Position numbers and translations under genes: made by a program | Shown here: in pieces, positions 14,419-15,956 of the stretch | Position numbering within the stretch: the first letter of the stretch is position 1 | How the letters are laid out: every line of letters starts with the position of its first letter | Notes under the pieces: model-generated | Databases searched by the model: none | The model's input: the letters and a program-made list of their open reading frames with translations, nothing else | Told to the model about the DNA's origin: nothing | Source: Nanobdellota archaeon | GTDB taxonomy: Archaea; Nanobdellota; Nanobdellia; Woesearchaeales; GW2011-AR4 | Direction: 5' to 3' | NCBI GenBank assembly: GCA_038046385.1 | Contig: JBBSWH010000008.1 | Location: 1-15,956, forward strand | DNA length: 15,956 nucleotides

Positions 14419-14919
14419 ATGCAAAAAAATAAACGTAAAAGAATCTTTAAATCACGTTCAGGCCAGGCAGCACTGGAGTTTTTGAGCACTTATGCATGGG
14501 CATTTGTAGCAATATCAGTCACTGTCGGGGCCCTATATTATTTTGGTGTTTTTGACTTTGGCAAGTATATTCCGCAGAAATGCCTTTTCCCGACCCAGTT
14601 CAAATGCCTTGACTTTTCACTTAAACCGACACAGGTCAGGGTAAAGCTGCTCAACAACATAGGGGAGGATATACGGGTCACATCTATCAGCATAACAAAT
14701 GATGCTACTCCCCCTGTTTCATGCACACCCCCCTTAGTTCCTTTTACATGGAGTGATTCTCTGACGCAGGATTTTTTATTCACTTCCTGCTCTTCAGGAG
14801 GATACATTTCAAATGAAAAAACAGAGCTTAAAATTTCAATGAGCTATTATGCCATAAACACTCCAAGCATGCCAATACATTCAATAAACGGTAAGGTAAA
14901 TGGCAAGATCACGTCGTAA
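14419..14919 (+). CDS. Archaeal type IV pilin, paralog of 13858..14349
   Basis: RSG|QAALEFLSTYAWAF..GALYYFGV..PQKCLFPTQFKCLDF..VRVKLLNNIGEDI aligns with the previous pilin over its full length. Confidence 0.88.
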   Translation: MQKNKRKRIFKSRSGQAALEFLSTYAWAFVAISVTVGALYYFGVFDFGKYIPQKCLFPTQFKCLDFSLKPTQVRVKLLNNIGEDIRVTSISITNDATPPVSCTPPLVPFTWSDSLTQDFLFTSCSSGGYISNEKTELKISMSYYAINTPSMPIHSINGKVNGKITS

Positions 14920-15361
14920 ATCACAGTCATCTATAGAATATCTTTCTATTGTAGCTCTGACTTTTGTCCTTATAGTGCCGACAACCTACATGTTTTACAG
15001 CTATTCGCAGGAATCAACAGATGAGATAAGCGATTCACAACTGACAAAGATAGGGAGAAACATCATAGACACTTCTGAATCTGTTTATTATTCGGGATTA
15101 AACTCAAAGGCAGTCATTGACTTTAATCTTCCGGACACCGTGCGAAGCGTGCAGATTGTTGAAGGAAGGGAGCTTGTTTTTACCATCTCGACGCATTTTG
15201 GAGTTTCTGAAATTGTGTTTTTCTCTGCAATAAACCTCACAACAGACGGAATGAACTGCATTGCAAAAGTATGCTCGCTTCCTGAACTTTGGACAGGGGG
15301 AAGAAAAAAACTGAAAATTGAGGCGATAAACCCCACTTCTGTTAGGGTAAACTCAACATAA
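14900..15361 (+). CDS. Archaeal type IV pilin-like protein (class III signal, Q+1/E+5)
   Basis: MARSRRKS|QSSIEYLSIVALTFVLIVP; 20-nt overlap with the upstream gene. Confidence 0.85.
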   Translation: MARSRRKSQSSIEYLSIVALTFVLIVPTTYMFYSYSQESTDEISDSQLTKIGRNIIDTSESVYYSGLNSKAVIDFNLPDTVRSVQIVEGRELVFTISTHFGVSEIVFFSAINLTTDGMNCIAKVCSLPELWTGGRKKLKIEAINPTSVRVNST

Positions 15362-15956
15362 ATGAACAATGAAACAAGGGCACAGGTAGCAATAGAGTTT
15401 ATAATACTTGCAGCTTTCATGCTTTTCATAATTCTGTCTTTTTTTGCAATAACCAGCTCAAAGGTGCTTGAGGCAAGGGAAGAGGGGAACAAGAACATGG
15501 CACGGGACATAGCAGAATTTGCATATACTGAGATAGACACAGCAAGACTGGTCAATAACGGCTATGTGAGAAATTTCACGATGCCGCAGGCTGTCAACGG
15601 CAAGGATTATTCAATCAGCCTTGTTGACAACAGGGAGCTGATTATTGTTTACCTTGAATATGAATATGTTAAGTTCCTGCCATCAAACATAACGGGAAAC
15701 ATATCAAAGGGAAATAACATAATCTCGAAAGAAAACGGAGTTATACTGATAAAGCCAATGCCGATATATATAAACGACGATCCGGCAAGCGCAATGCTGA
15801 GCCAGTCAGGAATGACTTCTTTTAATGCAGTGGCTACTGTCGACAATGCTATTCTTTCAGGCTCATGGCATACAGATGCCTCAGTTGCAGGGGCGTTTCT
15901 AAAAATAGACTTGGGATTGGGAAGCAGCAAACCTTACACAAAAGCAGCAATATATG
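15362..15956 (+). CDS. 3'-truncated pilin-like protein (class III signal) with a probable C-terminal discoidin/F5-8 type C-like domain; absent from the ORF track
   Basis: ATG immediately follows TAA 15359-15361. It reads MNNETRA|QVAIEFIILAAFMLFIILSFFAI and is open for 198 codons to the window end, finishing ...ATVDNAILSGSWHTDASVAGAFLKIDLGLGSSKPYTKAAIY. Confidence 0.85.
   Translation, partial: MNNETRAQVAIEFIILAAFMLFIILSFFAITSSKVLEAREEGNKNMARDIAEFAYTEIDTARLVNNGYVRNFTMPQAVNGKDYSISLVDNRELIIVYLEYEYVKFLPSNITGNISKGNNIISKENGVILIKPMPIYINDDPASAMLSQSGMTSFNAVATVDNAILSGSWHTDASVAGAFLKIDLGLGSSKPYTKAAIY

Noticed and set aside
15088-15930. - strand ORFs 15088..15555 and 15649..15930, plus other short alternative-frame and antisense ORFs from 6175 to 14807
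   Set aside because: They overlap better-supported + strand genes. The real gene at the window end is the + strand ORF starting at 15362.

Overview
The window looks archaeal (BRE/TATA promoters, several leaderless starts, GGTGA/GAGG Shine-Dalgarno motifs, class III prepilin signals). By inference from the gene families it is most likely a DPANN/Nanobdellota genome such as Woesearchaeales. It is a + strand type IV pilus-like surface-structure locus. It contains a 5'-truncated giant Cys-rich repeat protein, seven genes with class III signal peptides (the last is 3'-truncated and fused to a discoidin-like domain), two uncharacterised cytoplasmic accessory genes, a VirB11/CpaF/TadA-type assembly ATPase and two TadB/TadC-type (T2SSF) membrane platform genes. 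A ~3.9 kb block (3488-7350) interrupts the pilin-like genes. It carries two - strand toxin-antitoxin-like operons (wHTH-MNT/HEPN and AbiEi/AbiEii-like) whose promoters share a TTACCTA operator-like half-site, plus a divergently transcribed bacterial-style lipoprotein with a metzincin-like zinc protease motif. An unannotated 37-codon ORF exactly fills the 2617-2735 gap and overlaps alternative inverted repeats that could mask the next gene's ribosome-binding site. I found no rRNA, tRNA, CRISPR array, integrase or transposase. All family assignments come from motif recognition by eye; no database search was run.
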